Source of the DNA: an uncultured Nitrospiraceae bacterium
Lineage (GTDB): Bacteria > Nitrospirota > Thermodesulfovibrionia > Thermodesulfovibrionales > Dissulfurispiraceae
Reading direction: 5' to 3'
Length of the DNA stretch: 64,000 bases
Assembly (NCBI GenBank): GCA_963727805.1
Contig: CAVSHF010000003.1
Span: forward strand, 1,888,001-1,952,000
Below, one piece after another: positions 32,026 to 42,999 of the stretch. The notes under the pieces are model-generated. The model did not search any database and was not told where the DNA came from. It worked only from the letters and a program-made list of their open reading frames with translations. Positions within the stretch are counted from its first letter, which is position 1. Each line of letters opens with the position of its first letter. Position numbers and translations under genes: made by a program.

Positions 32026-33405
32026 ATGCAGATTAAGACTCTACTATCTACCATCGAAACATTCTTCTCCCGCACTTTATGGGAGATCGAAGCCTCGAGT
32101 CTGAAGAGGACGCGCCGTCTTGTTGTCTTAGCAGTCAGGCTAGGGTATAAACTTGCGGATGATTTTCGGCAGGGCGAATTCTCGGTACGCGCATCGAGCC
32201 TCGTGTATACGACTCTGCTGACCTTTGTTCCGTTGCTGGCCATTGCATTCTCGGTGCTGAAAGCACTTGGCGCACATAATATGATCGCACCTCTGCTGCT
32301 CAAATTCCTCGAGCCTATCGGCGAGAAGAGTACAGAGATTACCGCTACAATAGTCAATTATGTGGACAGAATCAATGTCACGGTGCTCGGTACTGTCGGC
32401 CTGGCGATGCTCCTTTACACAGTCATCAGCACGATCCAGCAGATCGAGAATGCCTTCAACCACTTCTGGCAGATCACCCGGGCACGCAGTATGCTTCAGA
32501 AGTTCCGCGACTATTTAAGCGTCCTTCTAGTGGGTCCAATTTTAATCGTAGCATCGCTCGGCATCACTACGACAATCATGAGCAACAAAGTGACACAAAA
32601 GCTCAGTGAGTTCGAGCCATTCGGCACCGGCATCATCTATATCGGTGAAATCTTTCCATATCTGTTAACCATATCAGCCTTCACCCTGTTCTATTATCTG
32701 CTCCCCAATACCAAGGTGCACCTCAGGTCTGCACTGGCTGGTGGGGCTTTTGCAGGCATCCTGTGGCAAGTTCTCAGCTGGGGATTTGCAAAATTCCTGG
32801 TGTCTACTGCCCAATATTCGGCCATCTATTCAGGGTTTGCCATTATCTTGGTCTTCATGATCTGGCTATATTTCAACTGGCTTATCATGCTTGTCGGCGT
32901 GAAGGTAGCTTTTTATCATCAGTTCCCGACCGCACTCGGAATGCGTCAAGATCGTGAAATATTCACGGAACGCTTCAAATATCGCATCGCGCTGACCGTG
33001 ATGTACCTGATAGGATTACACTACTATCACGACAGGCCGCGCTGGACCTCCAGAAGCCTTGTTCGCCACCTCGGGTTGCCGGTTGCTCCTGTGATGGAGG
33101 TTCTCCATGCGCTGGAGGACTGTAAAATCCTTCTTTTGATGAAGGAAGATATGACCTATCTGCCGGCCAGAGACATTGAGACCATAACGGTGCGCGAAGT
33201 GGTTCTTGCAGTCCAGCAACAGATAGTGGGCGATAAGGCGTTCAGCAATGATCCATGCGCCATGCCGGTTATCAGCCGCCTATTGGACCGACTTGACGAG
33301 AGTATCATGCAGGCCTTTTCCGAAGAGACGGTAAAAAGCCTCATATCTGCGCCGGACGCCGTCGCCTGTGAAGCAATGCTCGCTCGGCCCGTTTCCAAGA
33401 CCTGA
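32026..33405 (+). CDS. YihY/BrkB family membrane protein with C-terminal wHTH-like extension
   Basis: RASSLVYTTLL..VP, IENAFNHFW, LPNTKV, YSAIYSGF, WLY..W; start uncertain (31990-32026). Confidence 0.88.
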   Translation: MQIKTLLSTIETFFSRTLWEIEASSLKRTRRLVVLAVRLGYKLADDFRQGEFSVRASSLVYTTLLTFVPLLAIAFSVLKALGAHNMIAPLLLKFLEPIGEKSTEITATIVNYVDRINVTVLGTVGLAMLLYTVISTIQQIENAFNHFWQITRARSMLQKFRDYLSVLLVGPILIVASLGITTTIMSNKVTQKLSEFEPFGTGIIYIGEIFPYLLTISAFTLFYYLLPNTKVHLRSALAGGAFAGILWQVLSWGFAKFLVSTAQYSAIYSGFAIILVFMIWLYFNWLIMLVGVKVAFYHQFPTALGMRQDREIFTERFKYRIALTVMYLIGLHYYHDRPRWTSRSLVRHLGLPVAPVMEVLHALEDCKILLLMKEDMTYLPARDIETITVREVVLAVQQQIVGDKAFSNDPCAMPVISRLLDRLDESIMQAFSEETVKSLISAPDAVACEAMLARPVSKT

Positions 33406-33844
33406 CATTTATCCGCTTCATGTACCTGTTCGTGCTAACATTCCTTAATGATTAGCAATCTGCAGCTTATATTTAATGCCCAATCCTTGATGCAGAGCCC
33501 CTGGATGTCAGAGTACCCCTTGGGATTGGGAGTTTCGATGTCAAGTTGACAACTCTCTCCCCTGAAACTCTCACCTGCACTAAAACATTTTATTATGTAT
33601 TTTCTATGGGAATCTAAGGAAGTTAAGGGCAACGTATTTAGCCAGATCATCTCGGTAACAAGCATAGTCGGCAACATCACGCCAGTGCGTGTCGCAGGTG
33701 CAGTTGATTATGTGATCATGTATCCATTGTGCGGATTTACTCTCGTAAATTTGTCATTGTAGCAAAATGTCATATGCAAGAATACGGGAGGCGGTTGACT
33801 AATCCCTCAGATGCTCTTATCCACGGACTTCCGTAAGGGTGTCC

Positions 33845-34570
33845 CTATTTTCGCCCACCAAAAACGGCAAACATGCCATGCTTGTAATAGCAGTCCACAT
33901 CCAAAAAACCAGCTCCTTTTAATACATTTAGTTGAGCTTCCAGTGTATCTGGCTTATTCATGCTGGAGGGAGACTTGTAACGTCGAATCACATCTTCGGG
34001 AGTATCATCTTTGATATCAATCCGCTCGATCATCCGCTTCATCCAGCGGGTCCAGAGATCAAAATACCATCCCTCCATAACCTCTGATGGAGCAAGGATT
34101 ACATCAATATTTACAAAATGCCCCTCAGTGCTTAAATGTTCATAAATATACTTGAATAATGCTGCCTTTTCCCTTAGCTCAAGATGATGAATTGCTAGTG
34201 AGGATACGATAAAATCGAACTCTCCTAACTCTATAATGCCCTCCAATATTTTTTGAAAACTCGCCTCTAAATAACGGACATTAGCAAATTTTGAAAGCTT
34301 TTCCTGCGCTTTTTCCAACATTGATTGCGAGCCATCGACCAACGTAGGGACTATAGTTTTATCTAGGAGAAGCAATTCTTGTGTTAACAAACCATCCCCG
34401 CATCCAAGGTCCAGAAGTCGATTGCCTTTTCTCCCACTGTAGAAGTAGCTGTAGAGAGAGGCCATGATGCCAATCATTCTCTGTCGGTCAACGATATAGA
34501 CATCAGCTTTCTCTAAATAGTTCTGCGAGAATACCTCATCTGACCATGCCGACTTCTCAAAGTTTCCCAT
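33845..34570 (-). CDS. Class I SAM-dependent methyltransferase (CmoA-like)
   Basis: LDLGCGDG, VSSLAIHHL; ATG 34570 after SD AGGAG. Confidence 0.88.
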   Translation of the reverse strand: MGNFEKSAWSDEVFSQNYLEKADVYIVDRQRMIGIMASLYSYFYSGRKGNRLLDLGCGDGLLTQELLLLDKTIVPTLVDGSQSMLEKAQEKLSKFANVRYLEASFQKILEGIIELGEFDFIVSSLAIHHLELREKAALFKYIYEHLSTEGHFVNIDVILAPSEVMEGWYFDLWTRWMKRMIERIDIKDDTPEDVIRRYKSPSSMNKPDTLEAQLNVLKGAGFLDVDCYYKHGMFAVFGGRK

Positions 34571-34809
34571 AGATCTCCTATAAGTATATCCAGCATCCAA
34601 AACACGACTTTCTCTTCATACTCAGCAGGCTTAGTCGTATCATACAGGCGTGTAGTACAGTAAGCAAGTTAGCACGAGTTTGTAGCTCTTCATAGTGCAA
34701 CTTTAATGTCTTTATGCGCATTGCTCTCTTAATACTCTCATACTGGATTAATTTACTGTTTTGAGAGAGACAGTCCTAAGTGCTACCCCTCTTGTAGTTA
34801 ATGTCATGT

Positions 34810-36003
34810 TCATTGTGTATTATTTTGCTCCTGATCAGAAAAATATCTCAGGGAATAGAGGATCTGCAGAATACTTAAAACTGTCAGAATCCCCAGGACC
34901 ATGATGCCGGAAATGAAGGACGCGAGGCCCCCCGCAGCCATGGTAAGTAAAGCTATCCCGTATTGCGGCAGAATGAACCGAAGTGCATCATCTGGCGGCT
35001 TGCCAGGGTATGAGGAGAGAAATATCGTATTCAGCGAAAGCATGCAAACTCCTGCAGAGGCGGTCAGAATCAAGGCCTCTTGGACAGGCATCATCTCATA
35101 AGGCCCCAGCACTATCACTCGTTTAATCCCAACGGCAATGGAAGCAATACCCATGGTCAGAGGTAAGTGTGAATAAAGCCATTGTTGGTATGCTCTGACG
35201 TGATCTCTTGTGGTCAACTGTCTAGTTCCTGCACCCTTGACTCCCTCGAAGTATCCCCACCAAAGAGTAAACGCGATGACTAGTCCCATGACACCGTCAA
35301 CACCCATGGCGAACGTCAATCGGTCCACCCGGATCCCCATAACGACACTGACGACGGCCTCGCCGATCACAATAATAGTAAAGAGGCCGAAACGCTCAGG
35401 GAGATGCATGAGATGGGGGGGGAACTTGGTATGGAGTTGTCCGGCAGTGAGAGGAGCAATAAAATCTACGACTATCGCAACGTACCAAAAAATGAAGCGG
35501 TGCTGCATTGGTATGAGAGCTGATACTACCCATAAAGTCGCAGCGATCCCGAAGCCCAACATATAACGGTTTATAAGAGGGCGAACATGCGGTATGTGTC
35601 TTGCAGCGCGAAAGTATTCAGCTACTAGCATGTATCGAACCGCTGCATACGACAGGGCGAAACCAACGGAGCTTTTGCCAAGTGCATCGGGCAGATGTAT
35701 GATGAGTGACCCTACAGCCACAATCTGTGCCATTGTGATGAGCCTGTGCCCAACGTCATCGGAATCAAAACGAGTCAAATAGAAAGTGTGGCCGACCCAC
35801 GCCCACCAGACCGGCACAAAGAGAATAGAGAAATGCAGCATTCCTATCAGCGAGTAGTCTTTATTGAGGTTTCCAGCCAACTGAGATATGGCCGCAACGA
35901 AGACAAGATCATAGAAGAGCTCTAGCCATGTCGCGTGCCTCTCCCTCTTCTCACCGGCTTCGGTCCTCAGCCTCGGAGGTCTGATAAGACCTTTTTTTAA
36001 CAT
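34810..36003 (-). CDS. Low temperature requirement protein A (LtrA) family membrane protein
   Basis: ATWLELFYDLVFV, ERFGLFTIIVIGE. Confidence 0.92.
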   Translation of the reverse strand: MLKKGLIRPPRLRTEAGEKRERHATWLELFYDLVFVAAISQLAGNLNKDYSLIGMLHFSILFVPVWWAWVGHTFYLTRFDSDDVGHRLITMAQIVAVGSLIIHLPDALGKSSVGFALSYAAVRYMLVAEYFRAARHIPHVRPLINRYMLGFGIAATLWVVSALIPMQHRFIFWYVAIVVDFIAPLTAGQLHTKFPPHLMHLPERFGLFTIIVIGEAVVSVVMGIRVDRLTFAMGVDGVMGLVIAFTLWWGYFEGVKGAGTRQLTTRDHVRAYQQWLYSHLPLTMGIASIAVGIKRVIVLGPYEMMPVQEALILTASAGVCMLSLNTIFLSSYPGKPPDDALRFILPQYGIALLTMAAGGLASFISGIMVLGILTVLSILQILYSLRYFSDQEQNNTQ

Positions 36004-36160
36004 TGGATGGGCATCATAGTTTTAAGGTGTTCAGAAGGCAAAACAATCACATGCCACTTGCCAGATTTTACCTGTGCAACATGTTTGTACTTTCATTGGG
36101 GCCTCTTTTAGGCTCATTCTTTTACTCGCTTACCAAGTTCTACCTTTTTATAAGGGAGTC

Positions 36161-37009
36161 CTAGCTGGTCTTGCTCGCAAGACTAATATGCATGTCAGTA
36201 AATATGACCGAACGCATAGATATTGAACCCAATGTTACCCTGTCTGCAAAAAAGATGATTTTATCTGCCTCATCCTGCAGCGAAAGGACATAGAGTAGTG
36301 GCAGATAATGTTCATTCGTTGGCACAGATAAGCGCGCTACCCCACCAAACTTCTGATAGTGGGCAAGTGAGTCGTGATCTCTTGACAAGATGAGTTGCTT
36401 CACTTTTTCATCAAACTCAAGTGCCCAGTCATAGGCAATGTCTTGCCAAGCCACCGTCATAAGATTATGAACAATATTTCCGCTACCAATAATTAGAACT
36501 CCCTTGTTTCTAAATGCCAGTAACTCCATCCCCAATTCATAATGATATTTTGGCTCTTTTTTGCTGTCGAGGCTGAGTTGAACGACCGGGATATCAGCAT
36601 GCGGAAACATCCGGGACAAGACCGACCAGGCACCATGATCAAGACCCCGGCTAAAATCCATTTCTGCTCGTACTTTGTGCAGAGTTTGTGCGGTGAGACG
36701 AGCTAACTCTGGTGACCCCTGAGCAGGGTACAGCATTTCGTAAAGTTTCTGAGGAAACCCGTAAAAATCATGAATGGTTTTAGGCTGTTTCACCGCTGTT
36801 ACTCGCGTACCATCTGTTACCCAATGCGCGGAGATGCACAGGATTGCTCTGGGCTTCGGGAGACATTGGCCCACTTCCGTCCATACCCTGCTAAACTCGT
36901 TATCATCAATAGCGTTTATAGGACTCCCATGCCCCACAAAAATGACTGGCATTCTGATTTCAGAATCATGAAGCTCGATTGCATTACCGAATAATTCATT
37001 AGAGGCCAT
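36161..37009 (-). CDS. ygiD: 4,5-DOPA extradiol dioxygenase (LigB family)
   Basis: FVGHGSP, SAHW, IHDFYGFP, GLDHGAW, GSGNIVHNL, PTNEHYLPL. Confidence 0.9.
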   Translation of the reverse strand: MASNELFGNAIELHDSEIRMPVIFVGHGSPINAIDDNEFSRVWTEVGQCLPKPRAILCISAHWVTDGTRVTAVKQPKTIHDFYGFPQKLYEMLYPAQGSPELARLTAQTLHKVRAEMDFSRGLDHGAWSVLSRMFPHADIPVVQLSLDSKKEPKYHYELGMELLAFRNKGVLIIGSGNIVHNLMTVAWQDIAYDWALEFDEKVKQLILSRDHDSLAHYQKFGGVARLSVPTNEHYLPLLYVLSLQDEADKIIFFADRVTLGSISMRSVIFTDMHISLASKTS

Positions 37010-37180
37010 CTAATTCATTCCTCCTCAAATAGATCCCTCAATCATGTACCGAAAATGTCCTCATCGGTTGCTGGAACCTAATGCAGAAGGGGATATTTCT
37101 GATGAAACGCCCCCTCCACATATAATATTTGAATTCTTCATTACATAAGGCACAAAGTTACTGCAATTACCCCAACGTGC

Positions 37181-37294
37181 CTATTTACTGCTTTCCTCCG
37201 TCGCTTTGTAAGATTCAGAGTATAGTCTTTTTGCGCATTCAGGACAGATAGTTTATGTTGTTTGCCCAAGCTCTTCTAATGAAATTTGATCCAT
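37181..37294 (-). pseudogene. Small interrupted ORF with a CPEC motif
   Basis: SD AGGAGG; MDQISLEELGQTT*TICPECAKRLYSE... Confidence 0.35.
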
Positions 37295-37326
37295 CTGATC
37301 AGATCCTCCTAATCCTGCTACCCTGA

Positions 37327-39273
37327 CTACATTGATTGATCACTCTCGTAGCGGTCGTATTTTCTGCATGTATCCTTTTCGCATACAAGCACGCCGTCGA
37401 TGTCTTTTCTGACGACAAATTTGTACGGCCTAAAATCCTGCACGGCCTGTTCATAAAATTGCGATGTCTCGACCTTGTATATCCCCTTTTGAAAGGCGTG
37501 CAGACTGATCAGGTACGAATACGAGAGAGTTGGATACTCTTCCACGAGGGCAGCAAAGGCCTTGAGTGTCTTTTGTGCATAATCGATATAAGCCGTCTCT
37601 CCCGTTGCGGCAGCAATCAATAAAAGGACAGAGGACGCAATGCCGTTGGCGGACTGCACCGGTGAATCCTGAATATTTTTTACGCTAATCCCTAGATAGC
37701 CCTTTCCCCCACGTTCGGCGTCAAAGAAGCCCCAACCTTCACTGTCCCAGAAGAGCTCAATCGCTGCATCGACCAAATCTTTCGCACTTTGTAAATATTC
37801 CTCCTTCTGAGTCGTCTGATAGAGTTCAAGGAGCCCCCTTGCAAAGAACAGGTAATCTTCAAGGAATCCCGACACTCCTTCCCTATGAACTATACGTCCC
37901 CCTGCATAGTATTCAGTGAGAATACGCCTGGCAGCCTTTTCCGCCAAATCGACATACTCGCTGTTGCTAAATAAATTCCCTGCAATGCACAGGGCCTCGA
38001 TCATAAGGCCGTTCCAGTTTGTGTAAATAGTTTTGTCGATATAAGGCATCTCTCTCTTTTCTTCGCGGTACCGCAGCATTGTCTTCTTTGCAGATTGTAT
38101 TAAAGCCTCTATTTCCGGAACAGACCGGCGCATACTCTCAGCGATCTTCCCAGGCTCCCTGTCGATAAAAAGGACATTCTTTGAGGGATCATGGTGCACC
38201 TGTCCGATGGTCGAGATGCCGAAGTGCATTCTGATAGACTGAAGCTCGTCAGTAGAGAGGATGGTGGCCAACTCCTCTGAAGAGAAGGTATAGTACCCAC
38301 CTTCGTCAAGCACGCCAATGTCGGCATCCTGCGAGGCATAGAAGCCCCCCATGTCATCACATCCATAAATTTTATAATAGGTGACAATCCCATCAGCCGC
38401 GTCCTTATAACGTTCTCTACCAAAAACCCTATAGGCAATCGAATAAAGTTTCAGCAATTCAGCATTGTCATAGAGCATCTTCTCGAAATGGGGGACAAGC
38501 CATTTTTCGTCGGTCGAATAGCGGAAAAAACCACCCAGAAGGTGATCATGGATACCCCCTTTCGCCATACCGTCGAGGGCGATGATAATCCCCTCACTGA
38601 TTGATTCATCCCCCTTGAAGAAATGGCAGTTGATCAGAAATTCCAATGCCGAAGCATGATGGAATTTCGGGGCCTTGCCGAGCCCGCCATAATTCATGTC
38701 CATCGCAGAGAGAGTGACAGAAACTCCCCTTTCAATCAGCTCCGATCCGGTATCAGCCTTCACATCCATCGAAGCGGAAAGCACGCTATTCTGATAAAAC
38801 TCTTCAGCGACCTCCTCGATCCGTCCTCTCTCGATGCGGTAGAGTTCGGAGAGTTTATAAAGTAGCACCTTTAATCCCGGTTTCTCCCACCGAGCCTCCG
38901 GCGGAAAGTAGGTACCGCCATAAAAAAACTTACCCTCTGACGTTAAAAAAGCGGTGAGGGGCCAGCCGCCACTTCCGCTTGTCCGCAGGACTGCATCCTG
39001 ATAACGCCGATCGATATCTGGTCGTTCGTCGCGATCAACCTTTACCGGAACAAAGTGTTCGTTGATTACAGCTGCTATTTCTTCGTCCTCAAAACTTTCA
39101 TGGGCCATAACATGGCACCAATGGCACCACGTACCTCCGATCGAAAGAAGGATCGGACGGTCCAGCTCCTTTGCACGTGCAAAGGCCTCGTCACCCCATT
39201 CAAACCAGCCGACAGGCTGGTTTTGTGCTTTACGGAGATAAGGACTTTTCGCCCCCGCAAGTCTGTTCGGCAT
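37327..39273 (-). CDS. YyaL/SSP411 thioredoxin-domain protein (DUF255)
   Basis: NRL..KSPYL, WCHWCHVMAHESF, KVDRDERPDID, GGWPLT, PHFEKMLYDNA. Confidence 0.93.
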   Translation of the reverse strand: MPNRLAGAKSPYLRKAQNQPVGWFEWGDEAFARAKELDRPILLSIGGTWCHWCHVMAHESFEDEEIAAVINEHFVPVKVDRDERPDIDRRYQDAVLRTSGSGGWPLTAFLTSEGKFFYGGTYFPPEARWEKPGLKVLLYKLSELYRIERGRIEEVAEEFYQNSVLSASMDVKADTGSELIERGVSVTLSAMDMNYGGLGKAPKFHHASALEFLINCHFFKGDESISEGIIIALDGMAKGGIHDHLLGGFFRYSTDEKWLVPHFEKMLYDNAELLKLYSIAYRVFGRERYKDAADGIVTYYKIYGCDDMGGFYASQDADIGVLDEGGYYTFSSEELATILSTDELQSIRMHFGISTIGQVHHDPSKNVLFIDREPGKIAESMRRSVPEIEALIQSAKKTMLRYREEKREMPYIDKTIYTNWNGLMIEALCIAGNLFSNSEYVDLAEKAARRILTEYYAGGRIVHREGVSGFLEDYLFFARGLLELYQTTQKEEYLQSAKDLVDAAIELFWDSEGWGFFDAERGGKGYLGISVKNIQDSPVQSANGIASSVLLLIAAATGETAYIDYAQKTLKAFAALVEEYPTLSYSYLISLHAFQKGIYKVETSQFYEQAVQDFRPYKFVVRKDIDGVLVCEKDTCRKYDRYESDQSM

Positions 39274-39405
39274 GATACCTCCTGAGCGCTCAACACGGCA
39301 AAGTATTTTTAGAGTATACGTTAGATTATAAGTATGATCCGTGTCATATCAAAAGACCTTGTTATTTGATAAACTTTGTGTAAATAATTCGATTGAGAGG
39401 TTATC

Positions 39406-39981
39406 ATGGGAAGCAAGCTTGATTTCACCGATGAGGATTTGCGCGAAGCCCTGAAAGACATCGGCGCTTATGTCGACATAACCGAAGAAGATCTGAAGAA
39501 GATATATGCCCTTGCACTTAAACATGCCCAGCAGCGACTTGCAGCTTCTGTCCCGGTTACTGCTGTTATGACAAAAGAGGTCATCTCAGTGAAAATTAGT
39601 GATGATATCCCCCATGCAGTCAAACTCCTCTCGGAAAACAATGTAAGCGGCCTTCCCGTGACTGACGAGGGGGGGCATGTAGTCGGTGTTATCTCGGAGG
39701 CCGATGTCCTCGGTACAGTAGGGATGGTAAAAGAGCATAAGTTCAAGGATGTCATGAGGTGGCTACTCGGAGAACCCATGCAGGGTGGTAGAAAGGGCGA
39801 GAAAGTAGGTGACGTAATGTCAGCACCGCCGATTACGATCCTGCCGGAGTCAGCCCTCAGTGAAGCCGCACGGATACTGACAGAAAGGAGAATCAAGCGG
39901 CTTCCCGTAGTTGACAATAAAAATTCTCTTGTTGGCATTGTCTCACGGGCGGACATTGTACGGGCCGCGCAGGAACGATGA
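39406..39981 (+). CDS. CBS-pair protein
   Basis: Two CBS domains (SGLPV..VGVISEAD; KRLPVV..VGIVSRAD); YVDITEEDL N-terminus. Confidence 0.9.
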   Translation: MGSKLDFTDEDLREALKDIGAYVDITEEDLKKIYALALKHAQQRLAASVPVTAVMTKEVISVKISDDIPHAVKLLSENNVSGLPVTDEGGHVVGVISEADVLGTVGMVKEHKFKDVMRWLLGEPMQGGRKGEKVGDVMSAPPITILPESALSEAARILTERRIKRLPVVDNKNSLVGIVSRADIVRAAQER

Positions 39982-40517
39982 ATAAACTCATTGCTAAAAT
40001 GAAAGGGGGTGCACAAATCCCTCCCCGGATGTCGATGCCGGAAATACTCTATTCGTTCGTCGGCAGCTTTGTAGGAATCGGGCTATGCAGCTATCTGTCA
40101 TACTTTTTTTTCGAGCCACGAGATCTAGTCCTGCTTATCGGATCGATGGGAGCTTCGGCCGTCCTCCTTTACGGTGCGATTAAAAGTCCTCTCGCCCAGC
40201 CGAGAAATCTCATCGGGGGACATGTAATATCAGGAATCGTTGGTGTTCTCAGCTTTCAGCTCTTTCAGGGTAATGTCGTATTAGCGTCGGCCGTTGCCGT
40301 CTCGCTGGCTATAACCGTAATGGCATTGACGAGAACGATTCATCCTCCCGGCGGCGCAACTGCTCTCATTGCTGTTATCGGCGGCGACAAGATTCACAGT
40401 CTCGGGTTTTTATACCCTTTCGTTCCCGCAGGCGCAGGAGCACTGGTGCTGCTTTTCGTTGCCCTTTTTACCAATAATATTGTACGAAGCAGGAAATACC
40501 CCGAATATTGGTTTTGA
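39978..40517 (+). CDS. HPP family membrane protein
   Basis: GASAVLLYG, SPLAQPRN, IHPPGGATAL; ATGA overlap with the CBS gene. Confidence 0.93.
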   Translation: MNKLIAKMKGGAQIPPRMSMPEILYSFVGSFVGIGLCSYLSYFFFEPRDLVLLIGSMGASAVLLYGAIKSPLAQPRNLIGGHVISGIVGVLSFQLFQGNVVLASAVAVSLAITVMALTRTIHPPGGATALIAVIGGDKIHSLGFLYPFVPAGAGALVLLFVALFTNNIVRSRKYPEYWF

Positions 40518-40881
40518 CAGGTCTTCCGGAGCTAACATGCCCCATCTGATAAGTGCTGTTCAGTTCCGGTTCTAACAAGAGATTTTTCTCTTGGTTCATT
40601 ACCAAACCAGTGTCGGATCATGTTTCTCGTTGCCTTCAGGACATGGCCGCGCTTGAAATCAGCTTCAGAATGATCGCCATAATCGCCGATCACAAGACTC
40701 AATACCCCATAGCCACTACTGTCACCCGGTATATTTTTTCAGGAAGTGCAAATGACAACATTCAACTCAATACTTACTTTGTCAAGAGTTTATTGAAGTT
40801 CCAATAAAAGGATTCGGATAGGTAGTCAATTAATGAACTTGCACTAGTGGAATTTGACAACGCTTATATAGTGTGATAGCA

Positions 40882-40901
40882 ATATATATATATATATATA
40901 T
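40882..40901. repeat. (AT)10 dinucleotide repeat
   Basis: ATATATATATATATATATAT read directly. Confidence 0.9.
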
Positions 40902-40938
40902 TCGGATGAGCTGCTCAAATACATAAGGAGGCATTGAT

Positions 40939-41223
40939 ATGAAAGAGCATGGAGAAGTGCAACCCCTTAAGAAGTTGCCCAGAGTAGGACAAACTGTAAA
41001 AAGCAAAAAGTACGGCACTTTATGGAGAGTGATGGAAAAACGCGAGGTTTGGCAAAATCTGCCTGACAAGGACCCCGAAATAACTCCCCACTTGGTCCCC
41101 GCTATTTACATAGCTTACTGGCGCATTAAGGAGGGGGTCCTTCCTGGTGTGGGAAAGATGATGGGCTTTGCTTACACAGCCTATGACACCACATTTGACA
41201 CAAACTGGGAAATTATGGGGTAG
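40939..41223 (+). CDS. Hypothetical protein
   Basis: SD AAGGAGG; 94 aa with protein-like composition. Confidence 0.75.
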   Translation: MKEHGEVQPLKKLPRVGQTVKSKKYGTLWRVMEKREVWQNLPDKDPEITPHLVPAIYIAYWRIKEGVLPGVGKMMGFAYTAYDTTFDTNWEIMG

Positions 41224-41387
41224 GAAAGGAAGGCAAAAAAACGCAAAATAAAGCCCTTCACTCAAAACTCAAAGATTGAGCTGTGGACATCGGGAATCAG
41301 CAAAATTGACTTCCATTTACTTTAGAAACTGATACCCGATTTAGATCAGGGGATACTAGCAAGAAAGTCTCACATAAAGCACCATCC

Positions 41388-41717
41388 AAGGCAGGATATA
41401 AACCATGCAGCGGCAACAAGTGATGCCTTGCCGCTACATTCTAAACTGGAATCTGTACCGAAGCGTCATGGTGAGCTTCACGCCGATGGGCCGTGTCAAC
41501 GCTAGCTCAACCAATCTGCCGATAACGATCGCCTTGGCACCAATCTTCGTGAGCCAATCGACCGATGCGACAGAATTTCATCAGTAGGATCTCAAATACC
41601 TGAGGTTAATTGATGTTCTTACATCCGTTGATGGTGTCTGTGTACATGAGCTCAACAGAGTCTTTGAGTCCCGATAAGTTCTTAAACAGCGTCTCCGCAG
41701 CGTTTATATCCTGCTTT
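41388..41717. repeat. Pair of 21-bp inverted repeats (18/21 identical)
   Basis: AAGGCAGGATATAAACCATGC (41388-41408) vs reverse complement of 41697-41717, AAAGCAGGATATAAACGCTGC. Confidence 0.6.
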
Positions 41718-41924
41718 GCGCAGGATGAGGTGAATTGGATAGTCATTGCAGATTAAAAGATAGAGAAATAACTCAACGACATCCCGCAGGACGTTATGAC
41801 TCGCATCATCCGACGATAGGCGAGCTTGACAAATGACAATTACAAAAGTTGTGCATATTCTGGGTTATAAAGTGCACGGCAAGTTCATACCGAAAACAGA
41901 AGCCTCGATTCACTCTTAGAGGCA

Positions 41925-42152
41925 TTAGACATGGACAAGTTCTCTTTTAACACGGCGGCAATTTGACACCTGGCGGGCCAATGACAGGCTGCCATATTGT
42001 TTAAGCGGACACGTGATTGTCTCATCTATGCCGCTCCGAATCAGGCAGCACCACTTCTGCCCTGAAATCAGACCAGCATAGGCACATCGACTGCCTTTTT
42101 GGTCGCATTCCTCAACATCTCTGTCCTTAATGAATTCCATGACATTAAACAT
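41925..42152 (-). CDS. Small Cys-rich hypothetical protein
   Basis: SD GAGG; six Cys in 75 aa. Confidence 0.5.
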   Translation of the reverse strand: MFNVMEFIKDRDVEECDQKGSRCAYAGLISGQKWCCLIRSGIDETITCPLKQYGSLSLARQVSNCRRVKRELVHV

Positions 42153-42382
42153 GACATAGCCTCACTTTGTATAGCTGTTTCAAGCAGCCCAATTCTAGCT
42201 AATTTAGAGCTTATAGTATGTTATCGGTCTCTTTTGTAATTTCTGTAGTCATGCTGTGCAACTCTTTGATATATCAGGTAGTCGTTATCATATTCAGAGA
42301 AAGAAGTCCCCATAAGATAGACCTTACGATAAACGTGTATATTGCAAATCATAACATGTGATTGTAGACTTAGAATTACATC

Positions 42383-42928
42383 ATGGAAGACGGGATGAGA
42401 ACAATCAAGCAGCCAATGGAAAAGATGGATGCCTCGCTTCACCTCTTTTTGTTGTTTGGAATCATTTTCCTCTTATTCTCGATCAATTCTTGTTCTTCTC
42501 ATGCTCCAGAAGACAATACTCTTACTAAAGAAACGTCCGAGGGTGTTGAAGTAAATTCAGTCAAAATCAAGGGCGAGACGATATCCGTTGGTGAGAATGC
42601 CGACATTGTTTATGACCGCATTGGAACCGGAAGTCTTACCACTGCAACTAATGACCCTGCTAACCCAAACAGTTTCCTTAAATTTCATTCTTATATTTCA
42701 GAGGGTAAAACATATCGAATCTCCATATGCAAGACAGCGGATCTGGGATTCGATCACGTTTGTAAAATATCCATTCTAAAATTTAATACACAGTCAGAAG
42801 TCGAACGAAGCTTGGACACCAAGAACCGTCGACTCCGCGATAGATTAGGTGACAAAATTGACAATAGTAAAAGCGCTCCGAAGGTCTTCACAGATGAGGA
42901 CCTGCAAAAATACGGATCGAAAAAATGA
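42383..42928 (+). CDS. Putative lipoprotein
   Basis: Hydrophobic segment then INSC; C-terminal KVFTDEDL. Confidence 0.6.
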   Translation: MEDGMRTIKQPMEKMDASLHLFLLFGIIFLLFSINSCSSHAPEDNTLTKETSEGVEVNSVKIKGETISVGENADIVYDRIGTGSLTTATNDPANPNSFLKFHSYISEGKTYRISICKTADLGFDHVCKISILKFNTQSEVERSLDTKNRRLRDRLGDKIDNSKSAPKVFTDEDLQKYGSKK

Positions 42929-42999
42929 AGAATCCTGCAGCAAGCGGAAGGAGACGGGCGTGCCTAGAATTTTATGTATGTGCGTGAAATTTTGTTTCT

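Noticed and set aside
41697..41735. Functional conjugative oriT
   Set aside because: Only a short nic-like match; no relaxase, T4SS or integrase nearby
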